34,826 bases of DNA from a virus (IMGVR_UViG_2877251553_000002); one strand, 5' to 3'. Shown: positions 23,687 through 34,826, counted from the first letter of the stretch. A program made the numbers and translations. Notes: generated from the letters alone by a model not told the origin.

Positions 23687-23902
23687 TTATTCACCTCTCG
23701 CAGCCTTACGCTTATCTTCTCTTATTTTGAAATACAGATTCGTCAGATAAGTCAGAAGCCCCAGAAGCAGACTTCCCAGCACACCAATCGCAGCCCACTG
23801 TGATGGACTGACCTGATCCAACCACTGCAAAAACCAGTAGCCGGCACTGCCGGCGGAGGTGCCGTAGGCAATGCCCGTTGAAATTTTGTCCATGGATTTC
23901 AT
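23687..23902 (-). CDS. class II holin (phage 21 S / EssD-like)
   Basis: 71-aa protein [30 protein letters not shown]... with two hydrophobic segments and charged C-terminus, closely resembling lambdoid S21-type holins. Confidence 0.8.
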   Translation of the reverse strand: MKSMDKISTGIAYGTSAGSAGYWFLQWLDQVSPSQWAAIGVLGSLLLGLLTYLTNLYFKIREDKRKAARGE

Positions 23903-24194
23903 AGCCTCACCTCCGCAAATAACGGATGGCGTAGTTTTACACTGAGAAATGAAAGGGATTTGAAAAGAAAAAAACGCAAAAGCGGGCGAAACGATATATA
24001 CAGTAAGGAAAGCACTCTATCCAACAAACCACCCACAGTTAATCGGAATAAAAGCAGAGTGCTTATGAATGATCGCACGCCCGAAGGTTAGTATTTCTGC
24101 ACAGCAATTTTGCAAAAAAAGGCGATCATTCATAACTTAAACGTCTTTCAGTCACTCCGGGATTTCCCATCATCGCAGACTGAAAGACTCTGAC

Positions 24195-24269
<75 letters not shown>

Positions 24270-24272
24270 ATA

Positions 24273-24348
<76 letters not shown>

Positions 24349-24350
24349 GC

Positions 24351-24427
24351 TGGCCCACCACCGAGGACTCGAACCTCGCACCGTCAACTTAGAAGGTTGA
24401 TGCTCTATCCGGATGAGCTAGTGGTGG
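24351..24427 (-). tRNA. tRNA-Arg (anticodon UCU)
   Basis: Reverse complement CCACCACTAGCTCATCCGGATAGAGCATCAACCTTCTAAGTTGACGGTGCGAGGTTCGAGTCCTCGGTGGTGGGCCA; 7-bp acceptor stem, anticodon loop CTTCTAA. Confidence 0.75.
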
Positions 24428-24428
24428 T

Positions 24429-24505
24429 TGGTGGCCCTTGCTGGACTTGAACCAGCGACCTGGCGATTATGAGTCGCTCGCTCTGACCAACTGAGCTAAA
24501 GGGCC
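24429..24505 (-). tRNA. tRNA with CAU anticodon (tRNA-Ile2-like, or Met)
   Basis: Reverse complement GGCCCTTTAGCTCAGTTGGTCAGAGCGAGCGACTCATAATCGCCAGGTCGCTGGTTCAAGTCCAGCAAGGGCCACCA; resembles ileX-type tRNA. Confidence 0.8.
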
Positions 24506-24585
24506 GGAGGCAGAATAATAACCATATGTCATCACATCTGCAAACTCATCTGACCACCAGCACGTTTAACGTCCTGTGCCGTTTT

Positions 24586-25886
<1,301 letters not shown>

Positions 25887-26224
25887 CTGATAAAAGCGCC
25901 CTGTACTGGTTAGCAATAGCAAATTTACTACCAGCTGCTCTGATTTCAAGAAAGCTGTACACCTCCCTTATGCCTATATTTTTAACCGGAACACCACCAA
26001 AGTATTCACTTATGATTTTCAACCTCTGGTTGTGTCTTTTCATGGTGTTTGTGCTTAATTGTCTACGCTCTATTTCATTTCTGAAATTTAATATCAGCTC
26101 GCAGAATAATGTTACGCTATTACCTTTTATTCTATCCAGTAAGCTTATATGTTGCGTGGATAATAATTCCATATTTGCCGCAATAGCCTCATTAACTGCA
26201 ATTCTTTTGTCTCTTCCGATTCCA
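25887..26224 (-). pseudogene. lambda-family integrase, internal N-proximal fragment
   Basis: Reads ...GIGRDKRIAVNEAIAANMELL...NSVTL...AIANQYRALLS up to the IS911 junction, colinear with lambda Int residues ~36-160; 5' end replaced by an IS1 terminus at 26225. Confidence 0.8.
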
Positions 26225-26352
26225 GGTGATGACTCCAACTTACTGATAGTGTTTTATGTTCAGATAATGCCCGATGACCTTGTCATGCAGCTCCACCGAT
26301 TTTGAGAACGACAGTGACTTCCGTCCCAGCCTTGCCAGATGTTGTCTCAGAG
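26225..26352 (-). mobile_element. IS1 terminal fragment (~128 bp)
   Basis: GGTGATGACTCCAACTTACTGATAGTGTTTTATGTTCAGATAATGCCCGATGAC... matches the IS1 end at 4461-4590, then is cut by the ISEc8-like terminus at 26353. Confidence 0.8.
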
Positions 26353-26388
26353 TAAGCGTGCAGCAAGAACCGTATTGACGGGGATGTG

Positions 26389-27927
26389 TTATTCAGTCGG
26401 CAGTGCTACGCGCCAGGGGAGCAGTTCGCCGACCCGGTTTATCGGCCAGTCGGCTATGACGTCAAGTACATAGCGGAGGTAGCTTTCTGGCTCCACTCCG
26501 TTCAGTTTGCACGTCCCGATCAGGCTGTACAGCAGCGCTCCCCGCTCTCCTCCATGATCCGAACCGAAGAACAGGTAGTTTTTGCGGCCCAGACTGACCA
26601 TCCGCAACGCATTTTCAGCGATGTTATTGTCCGCCTCAGCCCAGCCATCATCTGCATAGTACGTCAGCGCCGGCCACTGGTTCAGGGCGTATGCGAACGC
26701 TTTCGCCAGTTCTGAGTGTCGCGACAGGGTTTTCATCTTTTCACGCAGCCAGCTTTCCAGGGATTTCAGCAGCGGTTTCGTTTTCAACTGACGTTCGGCA
26801 AGGCGCTGCTCCGCCGTCATTCCCCTTATCTCTGCCTCGATGGCGTACAGTTCGCCGATCCGTTTCAGCGCTTCCTCCGTCAGGGCTGACGGGGTGCGAA
26901 CGTGCACATCGTGGATTTTACGGCGGGCGTGAGCCCAACAGGCGGCTTCCGTTATCCGGCCATCCCGGTACAGCTCGTTGAACCCGGCGTATGCATCCGC
27001 CTGCAGTACACCACTGAACCCCGCAAGATGGGTCTGCGGATGGATGCCTTTTCTGTCCGGGCTGTAAGCGAACCACACCGCCGGCGCCAGCGTTGACCCG
27101 GCGTTACGGTCGTCACGAACGTAGGTCCATAACCGCCCGGTCTTCGTTTTCTTATTGCCTGGCAACAGCACCGGGACAGGCGTGTCATCAGCATGGAGCT
27201 TACCGTCAGTCAGCACATAGTCCTGAAGCGCTTCTTCCAGCGGTGACAGTAGCCGGCAGCATGCATCCACCCAGCCCGACAGCAGTGAACGACTCAGCTC
27301 CACGCCCTGGCGGCCGTACATTTCAGACTGGCGGTACAGCGGGGTGTGCTCTGCATACTTTGAGATCAGCACGCGGGCCAGCAGCCCCGGTCCTGCGATA
27401 CCCCGCTCGATGGGCCGTGAAGGCGCGGGGGCCTGCACGATGGCATCGCACTGAGTACAGGCATGCTTTTCACGTACAGTCCGGATAACCCGGAAGACGC
27501 TGCGCATCAACTCCAGCTGTTCGGCGGCATCCTCACCCGGATAGCTCAGTGAGCCTCCACATTCCGGGCAGCATGACGCTGCCGGCAGCAGCCGTTTTTC
27601 ATCGCGGGGGAGTGATTCGGGGAACGGTTTGCGGGTGCGGGTTTGACGCAGCGGGCGCTGCACGGCCGGGTCGTCAACCCGACCGGTAAGGGTATCACTT
27701 TCTTTCTGAAGTGCCTTCAGGTCAGCTTCCATCTGTGCGATACGACGGGAGACTTTTTCGGAGCGGCTGCCGAAGTTCATCCGGCGCAGCTTATCCAGCT
27801 GTGCCTGCAGATGGTCTATTTCGCGTTCACGCTCGTTCAGCTTTTCCAGCAGGGCACGGTTCAGCGCCTCCTGTTCGGCAAGGAGACGTTTCAGTGCATT
27901 GATATCGTCAGGAAGTGAGCTGCTCAT
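26389..27927 (-). CDS. IS66-family transposase TnpC, intact (512 aa)
   Basis: Single uninterrupted ORF; the only intact TnpC among the three copies. Confidence 0.85.
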   Translation of the reverse strand: MSSSLPDDINALKRLLAEQEALNRALLEKLNEREREIDHLQAQLDKLRRMNFGSRSEKVSRRIAQMEADLKALQKESDTLTGRVDDPAVQRPLRQTRTRKPFPESLPRDEKRLLPAASCCPECGGSLSYPGEDAAEQLELMRSVFRVIRTVREKHACTQCDAIVQAPAPSRPIERGIAGPGLLARVLISKYAEHTPLYRQSEMYGRQGVELSRSLLSGWVDACCRLLSPLEEALQDYVLTDGKLHADDTPVPVLLPGNKKTKTGRLWTYVRDDRNAGSTLAPAVWFAYSPDRKGIHPQTHLAGFSGVLQADAYAGFNELYRDGRITEAACWAHARRKIHDVHVRTPSALTEEALKRIGELYAIEAEIRGMTAEQRLAERQLKTKPLLKSLESWLREKMKTLSRHSELAKAFAYALNQWPALTYYADDGWAEADNNIAENALRMVSLGRKNYLFFGSDHGGERGALLYSLIGTCKLNGVEPESYLRYVLDVIADWPINRVGELLPWRVALPTE

Positions 27928-27975
27928 ACCGGGTATATTACCAGGCTCATTCAGCGTCGACCAGGATAAAGAGGC

Positions 27976-28323
27976 TTACAACATAGTCAGGGACGTAAGC
28001 AGTCTTTTAGGCTGCCGCCAGTCGATACCTTCAAGGAGCATCGCCAGCTGTGCCGGTGTGAGGAACACTTTGCCATCCCGGGCTGACGGCCAGGCGAAGC
28101 GGCCGCGCTCCAGCCGTTTGGTCAGCAGACACAGTCCATCGCCGGTAGACCAGAGGAGCTTTACCTGACTGCCATTACGCCCACGGAAGATAAAAACGTG
28201 ACCTGACATCGGATCGTCTTTCAGCGTCGTCTGCACCTTTGCCGCCAGGCCGTTGAAGCCATTTCTCATATCGGTGATACCGGCAACCAGCCAAATTTTG
28301 GTCCCGGAAGGTAACGGGATCAT
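27976..28323 (-). CDS. IS66-family TnpB (orf2)
   Basis: 115-aa ORF identical to copy 1. Confidence 0.85.
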   Translation of the reverse strand: MIPLPSGTKIWLVAGITDMRNGFNGLAAKVQTTLKDDPMSGHVFIFRGRNGSQVKLLWSTGDGLCLLTKRLERGRFAWPSARDGKVFLTPAQLAMLLEGIDWRQPKRLLTSLTML

Positions 28324-28721
28324 CGCTTCAGTTCCTGTATCAGCAGAGTCAGGAGCTTTTCGCTGACATTGCCATTGAAGCGGAGCGTCCCGTGCCGGAA
28401 CGTTACCTCACAGCTGATACTGAGGGTTTCCGGATCCTCTGCGAGCGATTCTGGCTGTTCGGCAGCTGCATCGAGAGTCACAGGAAGTAGCTGGGGGCTA
28501 TCTGAAGAAGGTAATAGCAGCTTTCCCTCGCGCCATTGTTGTCGCCATTTGAACAACAGATTGGCGTTAATGCCATTTTCAAGAGCAAGTTTTGAGATGG
28601 ATATCCCGGGTTCACAGGAGGCAGCAACGAGCTGCTGTTTAAATTCGGGAGGATAATTAGGGCAGCCTTTTCGCCTGCCGGGATTCACATTTTTCTGCAT
28701 ATCTGACACTTTGGTTCCCAC
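28320..28721 (-). CDS. IS66-family TnpA (orf1)
   Basis: 133-aa ORF; alternative start at 28700. Confidence 0.8.
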   Translation of the reverse strand: MGTKVSDMQKNVNPGRRKGCPNYPPEFKQQLVAASCEPGISISKLALENGINANLLFKWRQQWREGKLLLPSSDSPQLLPVTLDAAAEQPESLAEDPETLSISCEVTFRHGTLRFNGNVSEKLLTLLIQELKR

Positions 28722-28818
28722 TACTTATTTGGTGGACACCACTTTGTCTAATTCGTCAGATTCTGACCAGACGGTTCAGGCTGTACGCTTACGTTTTTAT
28801 AATCCGGCCATGACATTT

Positions 28819-29178
28819 TTACAACATTGTCAGTGCGTTAAGGCGGGATGTTTTTGGCTGACGCCAGTCCAGCTTATCGAGGAGCATTGCCAGTTGCGAG
28901 CGGGTAATGGATACCTTGCCGTCACGCACAGCAGGCCAGATAAACTGGCCTTCCTCCAGGCGTCTGGTGAACAGGCACAGACCATCAGCATCAGCCCACA
29001 GGATTTTAATCATGTCACCCCGTCGGCCACGGAAGATGAACAGGTGACCGGAGAAGGGATTATCATTCAGCACATGCTGTACCTGTTCACCCAGCCCGTT
29101 GAAAGACTTACGCATATCGGTTATCCCAGCAACGAGCCAGATGCGGGTGCCTGACGGGAGTGAGATCATCGTCCCCAC
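28819..29178 (-). CDS. IS66-family TnpB-like protein (divergent)
   Basis: MGTMISLPSGTRIWLVAGITDMRKSFNGL..., roughly 60 percent identical by eye to the ISEc8-like TnpB. Confidence 0.75.
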   Translation of the reverse strand: MGTMISLPSGTRIWLVAGITDMRKSFNGLGEQVQHVLNDNPFSGHLFIFRGRRGDMIKILWADADGLCLFTRRLEEGQFIWPAVRDGKVSITRSQLAMLLDKLDWRQPKTSRLNALTML

Positions 29179-29597
29179 CCGGTCAGTTCACGGATCAACA
29201 CTGTGAGCAGCTCTGGTGAAGGATTTTCCAGCGTCATGTTACCGTGACGGAACTCCACCTTGCAGGAGCTGGCACTAACTGTAGTCTGAGTAGATAAAGA
29301 CGGAGTAAGAGCAGCCACCGGTTCTTTCGGCTCATCCGGCGTTATCTCCACAGGTAATAATTCAACGCCAGTGTCAGAAGAGGTTGTTACCGGAAGACGC
29401 CGCGATATGCGCCCTTCGTTCTGCCAGAGCCTGAGCCATTTGAACAGCAGGTTATCATTGATATCGTGTTCCCGGGCAATACGGGCAACAGAGGCTCCTG
29501 GTTGTGAAGCCAGTTTAACCATTTGAAGTTTAAACTCATTTGAAAATGATCTGCGGGTTCTGCAGATAATGCTTTCTGTTCCATAACAGGTGTCCAC
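29166..29597 (-). CDS. IS66-family TnpA-like protein (divergent); start uncertain
   Basis: Contains the conserved ...DNLLFKWLRLWQNEG... segment of IS66 orf1 proteins. Confidence 0.65.
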   Translation of the reverse strand: MDTCYGTESIICRTRRSFSNEFKLQMVKLASQPGASVARIAREHDINDNLLFKWLRLWQNEGRISRRLPVTTSSDTGVELLPVEITPDEPKEPVAALTPSLSTQTTVSASSCKVEFRHGNMTLENPSPELLTVLIRELTGWGR

Positions 29598-29670
29598 TAG
29601 TTGAAAAGGTGGGCACCTACGTTACCAATACAGGCTTAATGGCTACATACGGCGGTCAGTTTACGCTTAC

Positions 29671-29944
29671 CAAAATACGCTGTTGCTTTTTTTAATATAT
29701 ATCGCTCAAGGCGAGCTTCATTTAACGCCTTACGCAGTTGCAGAATTTCAGATTCCAGTTCAGCCACCGTGCGGGAACCAGGAGTACCGAGCCCTTTTCT
29801 GGCGGCGGTAACCCATTGTCCTAAAGTGCCTTCAGGAAGGGATAATCGGGAAGCGCCTTCACTGATCGAAAGTTGATTTTCAAGAACCGTTCTGACAGCT
29901 TCGGCTTTGAACTCTTTAGAGTAACGTTGGTTTTTTCTGCTCAT
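29671..29944 (-). pseudogene. IS3-family OrfA, 3' truncated
   Basis: First ~91 codons of an IS600-like OrfA; ORF tail at 29636-29670 is IS66-derived. Confidence 0.6.
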
Positions 29945-30008
29945 TATTAGCTCCTTCTGATGCCATTCTATTTCAGGAAGGAGTGTCCGTTAAACTCAGG
30001 CTACCTCA
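29671..30008 (-). mobile_element. IS3-family element 5' fragment (IS600-like)
   Basis: Left end TGAGGTAGCCTGAGTTTAACGGACAC (as reverse complement at 29983-30008) and OrfA N-terminus MSRKNQRYSKEFKAEAVRTVLENQLSISEGASRL..., cut at 29670 by the IS66-family terminus. Confidence 0.6.
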
Positions 30009-30067
30009 GCCTGAGGGCAGGTGTAAAACAATAATCAAGCATGGGGTTCATATCCATAGCTCCATTT

Positions 30068-30613
30068 TTATTTTAAGGAAAGCAACTGCTCTACGGTCAT
30101 GTTTTTAATTGCGCCCCGGTTTACAAGAGTCCAGCCCTGTTTTTCCAGATAAAACCGGAAAGTCTCCAGGGTACAGACCAGTGCGCCATCAGGAACGGTT
30201 TCGGTGAATTCGACATTGCCGAATTTGTCGAAGTGAACAACCAGAGTGCGACCATCACCCGGAATCATCTTGTCAGCAGGTGGGGTGTTATTCTGGCGCA
30301 GTTCGGCCTCCATGCGGTCGAACTCAGCAATGTAGGCTTCCTTGAATGTGGCGGCTTTTTTGCCCGTGAAGCCCATCACCAGGAAAACGAAGCCGTTTTT
30401 GGTGATTTGGTAGGCGTTATAAGAATTGCCGCGGTGTTCGAATTTAACCCGCGAAAAGTTGCTGGTTAAAAATAGTTCAGAACATTCGAGGGATTCTATT
30501 TTTTGAACAACATGGTGATGCTGCTTGCCAAAAAACTCAGCAATCGAAATAGAAGTAGTGACGGCGCGACCATTTTCGATGGTTACGTCAGGGTGAGAAA
30601 GGGTAGTAGCCAT
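30068..30613 (-). CDS. rha: phage regulatory protein Rha (antirepressor-like)
   Basis: Start ATG at 30613 with GAGGA 7 nt upstream; Rha-family signature ...SISIAEFFGKQHHHVVQKIESL...YQITKNGFVFLVMGFTGKKAATFKEAYIAEFDRMEAEL... Confidence 0.75.
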   Translation of the reverse strand: MATTLSHPDVTIENGRAVTTSISIAEFFGKQHHHVVQKIESLECSELFLTSNFSRVKFEHRGNSYNAYQITKNGFVFLVMGFTGKKAATFKEAYIAEFDRMEAELRQNNTPPADKMIPGDGRTLVVHFDKFGNVEFTETVPDGALVCTLETFRFYLEKQGWTLVNRGAIKNMTVEQLLSLK

Positions 30614-30695
30614 AATGACATCCTCAAGTGATAAGTTAATTAACTCACCAGCAGAGGTGCTAATCTCATGGGTGGTGAGACGCACAGGGTTAGCA

Positions 30696-30908
30696 CTACC
30701 GGTCACTCGAGAACCCGGCCAGCCTTGCGGCTGCCCCGCACGCCTCACCATAATTTGAATGTGGCTGTGCATTACGCATAAAAAAAACCGCTTCAGCGCG
30801 GTTATGCGCTCGAGTAACTTTCGGGGTGCTAATCCCGGCGCCCGTTTTATGAGGTGCAGGTGCATTATAATTCCACCCGTTCTGGTTTTCAATAGCTACA
30901 TTCAACAT
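30696..30908 (-). CDS. hypothetical 70-aa ORF with good ribosome site but an intrinsic terminator inside it
   Basis: AGGAAAGAG upstream of ATG at 30908; hairpin plus T8 at 30780-30803 lies mid-ORF, so coding status is doubtful. Confidence 0.2.
   Translation of the reverse strand: MLNVAIENQNGWNYNAPAPHKTGAGISTPKVTRAHNRAEAVFFMRNAQPHSNYGEACGAAARLAGFSSDR
30780..30803 (-). terminator. rho-independent terminator, minus strand, upstream of rha
   Basis: ACCGC-GCTGAA-GCGGT hairpin followed by 8 T on the minus strand, embedded in a longer palindrome CGCATAA...TTATGCG. Confidence 0.5.
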
Positions 30909-30930
30909 TTTCTCTTTCCTTTCATCACCG

Positions 30931-31085
30931 AAGTGAATTTTGTGATGCGGTGCCTAGTGCCTCCAGGTGACGTTAACCAGTTAACAATTACAGTCGGCTT
31001 TCCCACCCAAACCAATAAGGACTAACATGACTTTTAACTGTGCCGCGTGCGCTTAGCCGCATTCACCGCATCACAAAATTCACTT
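30931..31085. repeat. pair of 22-bp perfect inverted repeats (AAGTGAATTTTGTGATGCGGTG) separated by 111 bp
   Basis: Arm 1 at 30931-30952, reverse-complement arm at 31064-31085; spacer contains GTTAACCAGTTAAC. Confidence 0.8.
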
Positions 31086-31140
31086 TAAAAAGGGCGGACA
31101 TCAGCCAGCAATTAAACCGATGCCGCCAACTGGTACTTCA
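31086..31140 (-). ncRNA. DicF-like small RNA with intrinsic terminator
   Basis: Minus-strand sequence ...AGUUGGCGGCAUCGGUUUAAUUGCUGGCUGAUGUCCGCCCUUUUU resembles the DicF sRNA of the Qin dicB operon (GGCGG...CCGCC stem, U-run) and lies in the equivalent position downstream of the dicA-like gene; ends approximate. Confidence 0.45.
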
Positions 31141-31329
31141 CACAGCAATGTCGTTATTTACAACCGGAAGCGCACTCCCACCATTTAAATTTCACAGACA
31201 AGACCGACTCTTTATGAATACCGGAAATGCGCCTTCGTGTTGTGCCCGGTTTTATTTCACCACCTCCGGGCTTTGGTGGCCTCGGCTATACCTCTACAGC
31301 GAGAATATTGAATTAATCCAATAAATGGA

Positions 31330-31482
31330 TTAGCTGGTATTTTTGGCAAGCCAGCGACGTGCGCCAGCTTCGGTTTTAAACGTTTTGCTTTTGGTATACG
31401 TCATGGCGGTGAATGTGCCGTCCTGATTGGGAAACACGCCACACACTAGGGATTCGTTGTTGCCAAGATCGATAGTATCCAT
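31330..31482 (-). CDS. small protein (50 aa), YdfA-like
   Basis: ATG with GAGG 8 nt upstream; MDTIDLGNNESLVCGVFPNQDGTFTAMTYTKSKTFKTEAGARRWLAKNTS; first ORF downstream of the repressor gene. Confidence 0.5.
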   Translation of the reverse strand: MDTIDLGNNESLVCGVFPNQDGTFTAMTYTKSKTFKTEAGARRWLAKNTS

Positions 31483-31682
31483 GCTGACCTCATTTCCCTT
31501 AACGCCGGGTAGCGGAACTGTTTGCTGAGAACACCGTGCGGTGTCTTGATGAATGAAATTTAGAATAACCTAAGGTGTTGGGTTAAGATTTTATGTAGAA
31601 AAACCTAAGTTTTTTTGATGTAAAAAACACAAGTGTTTGAAAGTTTGTGCTTTTTATTACAGGGTGTGGAGAAAAAAGGGGA

Positions 31683-32089
31683 TTATTTGTTTGCGCTTCT
31701 TTTGCGAGCTTTGAGTAGTTCTTCAAAAAGTTTGTTGAAATTTTCAACTCGAGCACGCATCTCTGACAACAGGGCCTTTTGCTCTGACTCAGGCAGTGCG
31801 TCGAACAGTTGAAGTAACTCTTTTTGATCTTCTGTCAGAATGGCTGGCTGATTATCCGGGATCGGTTCGCCTGGTTGTTTATCTTCATCCCAAAAAGAAG
31901 CCAAGTCGGTGAGCACTGAAGCGCTTGGCTCAGTGCGAATAATCTTTTCCCCGCCGGCTGTGTTTCATCTCTTTCCCATTGAGAAATTGTTACGTGAGCC
32001 ACTTTGACCAGCTTACCTAATGCGGCCTGAGACAGTTTTAATTTTTTACGCCTATGTAAGAGGCGAGCACCGAAGGTTTCGTTTTTCAT
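31683..32089 (-). pseudogene. dicA: DicA-like HTH (XRE/cI-type) repressor, frameshifted
   Basis: ORFs 31835-32089 (HTH: ...LSQAALGKLVKVAHVTISQWERDETQPAGKRLFALSQALQCSPTWLLFG) and 31683-31916 (...LPESEQKALLSEMRARVENFNKLFEELLKARKR) overlap in different frames and together resemble DicA. Confidence 0.7.
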
Positions 32090-32165
32090 ATTAGGGAATT
32101 CTAATTTTTCTTGACTTAGGTTTCTCTACGAGCTAGTTTCCTTAGGAAAATCTAAGGAGCTCGAT
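32090..32165. promoter_or_regulatory. divergent promoter/operator region between repressor and cro-like genes
   Basis: TTGACTTAGGTTTCTCT and palindrome-like CCTTAGGAAAATCTAAGG; similar CCTAAG/CTTAGG motifs recur at 31560-31640. Confidence 0.4.
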
Positions 32166-32373
32166 ATGTTGAAAATTGATGCTATAGCGTTTTTTGGCAG
32201 CAAAACAAAGCATTGCCAATGCCGCAGGAGTTAGGCTGGCAAGCATTGCTGCATGGGGGGAACTGGTTCCTGAAGGTCGCGCGATGCGCCTGCAAGAGGC
32301 ATCTGGCGGGGAACTTCAGTACGACCCAAAGTTTATGACGAATATCGTAAGGCAAAACGACCTGGGAAGGTGA
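32166..32373 (+). pseudogene. dicC: DicC-like Cro-type regulator, frameshifted
   Basis: MLKIDAIAFFGSKTK then a 1-bp insertion; the other frame continues IANAAGVRLASIAAWGELVPEGRAMRLQEASGGELQYDPK..., resembling DicC. Confidence 0.65.
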
Positions 32374-32376
32374 TTC

Positions 32377-32798
32377 ATGAAAATCAGGCATGAGCACATC
32401 GAATCAGTGCTGTTAGCCCTGGCAGCCGAAAAAGGGCAGGCGTGGGTCGCTAACGCAATTACTGAAGAATATCTGCGGCAGGGGGCGGCGAATTGCCTCT
32501 GGTACCAGGCAAGGACTGGAACAATCAGCAGAATATCTATCACCGTTGGTTGAAAGGTGAAACGAAAGCGCAAAGGGAAAAAATTCAGAAACTGATCCCT
32601 GCGGTTCTGGCAATTCTTCCGCGTGAGCTGCGTCACCGACTCTGTATCTTCGATACCCTGGAACGCCGTGCATTACTGGCGGCGCAGGAAGCGTTGAGTA
32701 CGGCAATTGATGCGCATGATGACGCAGTTCAGGCCGTTTACCGGAAAGCACATTTCAGCGGTGGTGGGTCGTCCGACGATTCTGTCGTTGTGCATTGA
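32377..32798 (+). pseudogene. YdaT-like protein, frameshifted
   Basis: MKIRHEHIESVLLALAAEKGQAWVANAITEEYLRQG.. then a frame change into ..LPLVPGKDWNNQQNIYHRWLKGETKAQREKIQKLIPAVLAILPRELRHRLCIFDTLERRALLAAQEAL... Confidence 0.65.
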
Positions 32799-32888
32799 TG
32801 TTTATGCCGAACCTCCTCTGGTTCTGTTGATTGGGGAATCACAGATTATATCCGGAGGAAGGTTCGGCACCAGACGAGGTTTCTATAT

Positions 32889-32970
32889 ATGAGCATGAAA
32901 CTAATGGCAAAAGCAATGGAAATTAAAGTGGGTAATCCATTGCGTAAGCTGGTTCTGATTAAGCTGGCTG
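32889..32970 (+). pseudogene. 5' fragment of a gene cut by IS911 (possibly replication-initiator O-like)
   Basis: MSMKLMAKAMEIKVGNPLRKLVLIKLA runs directly into the IS911 left end at 32971. Confidence 0.3.
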
Positions 32971-33042
32971 TGAAGTGGCACACTGAATTTGGCCACCTGA
33001 ACAGAGGTGATATGCTCACCTCAGAACAACACAGGTGCTCCA

Positions 33043-34826
<1,784 letters not shown>

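Larger units (their letters stand above)
26353..28792 (-). mobile_element. IS66-family insertion sequence (ISEc8-like), copy 3, all three ORFs intact
   Basis: 2440 bp with the same termini as copy 2; flanked by unrelated IS sequences with no matching 8-bp duplication. Confidence 0.9.
28793..29670 (-). mobile_element. fragment of a second, distinct IS66-family element (orf1 and orf2 only)
   Basis: Terminus GTAAGCGTAAACTGACCGCCGTATGTAGCC at 29641-29670 (as reverse complement); divergent TnpA-like and TnpB-like ORFs; the TnpC start is cut by the ISEc8-like copy. Confidence 0.65.

Noticed and set aside
23903-24194. Possible toxin or cargo genes between tRNAs and holin, as in Stx phages
   Set aside because: Only ~290 bp with no ORF of meaningful length on either strand.
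30614-30892. N-terminal 93-codon extension of the Rha ORF
   Set aside because: It contains the upstream terminator and has no Rha similarity; the ATG at 30613 has a proper GAGGA ribosome site and begins the conserved domain.
30759-31324. Plus-strand ORFs 30759-31025 and 31040-31324
   Set aside because: They span the inverted-repeat and DicF-like region, have no ribosome sites, and run antisense to the operon direction set by the repressor, YdfA-like gene and terminators.

Overview
This 34.8-kb window is a heavily decayed lambdoid prophage remnant saturated with insertion sequences, typical of Shigella/E. coli chromosomes; I do not find a convincing intact novel multi-gene system (no CRISPR array, defence-island-like cluster or toxin locus). 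The prophage has lambda-type regulatory and lysis genes joined to a Mu/P2-like contractile-tail module (an e14/SfV-like architecture, by inference). Minus-strand structural genes run from about 22.9 kb down to 2.3 kb: head-tail connector-type ORFs, sheath, tube, tail chaperone, tape measure, baseplate V/W/J/I-like genes and two tail-fibre plus Tfa sets. To the right are a class II holin, four tightly packed tRNA genes, a late-type terminator, and a DicA/DicC-type immunity region with Rha, a DicF-like sRNA, a YdfA-like small ORF and a YdaT-like gene, ending in the 3' half of a lambda-family integrase. At least 12 IS copies or fragments are present: three ISEc8-like IS66-family copies, two IS1 plus an IS1 fragment, IS2, two full IS911 plus a 3' fragment, a second IS66-family fragment and an IS600-like fragment. 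Nearly every phage gene is inactivated by IS insertion (with intact target duplications), frameshift or deletion; head, endolysin, Q and replication genes are missing. The best-supported unusual observation is that the integrase was hit by IS911 (CAG duplication) and its halves were then separated and one inverted by recombination between oppositely oriented IS911 copies, which also explains the inverted immunity region. The least-explained sequence is the structured region between the DicF-like RNA and rha (22-bp perfect inverted repeats, an internal terminator, small ORFs). Coordinates of RNA features, frameshift sites and IS ends were read by eye and may be off by a few bases; family assignments rest on recalled similarity, not on searches.
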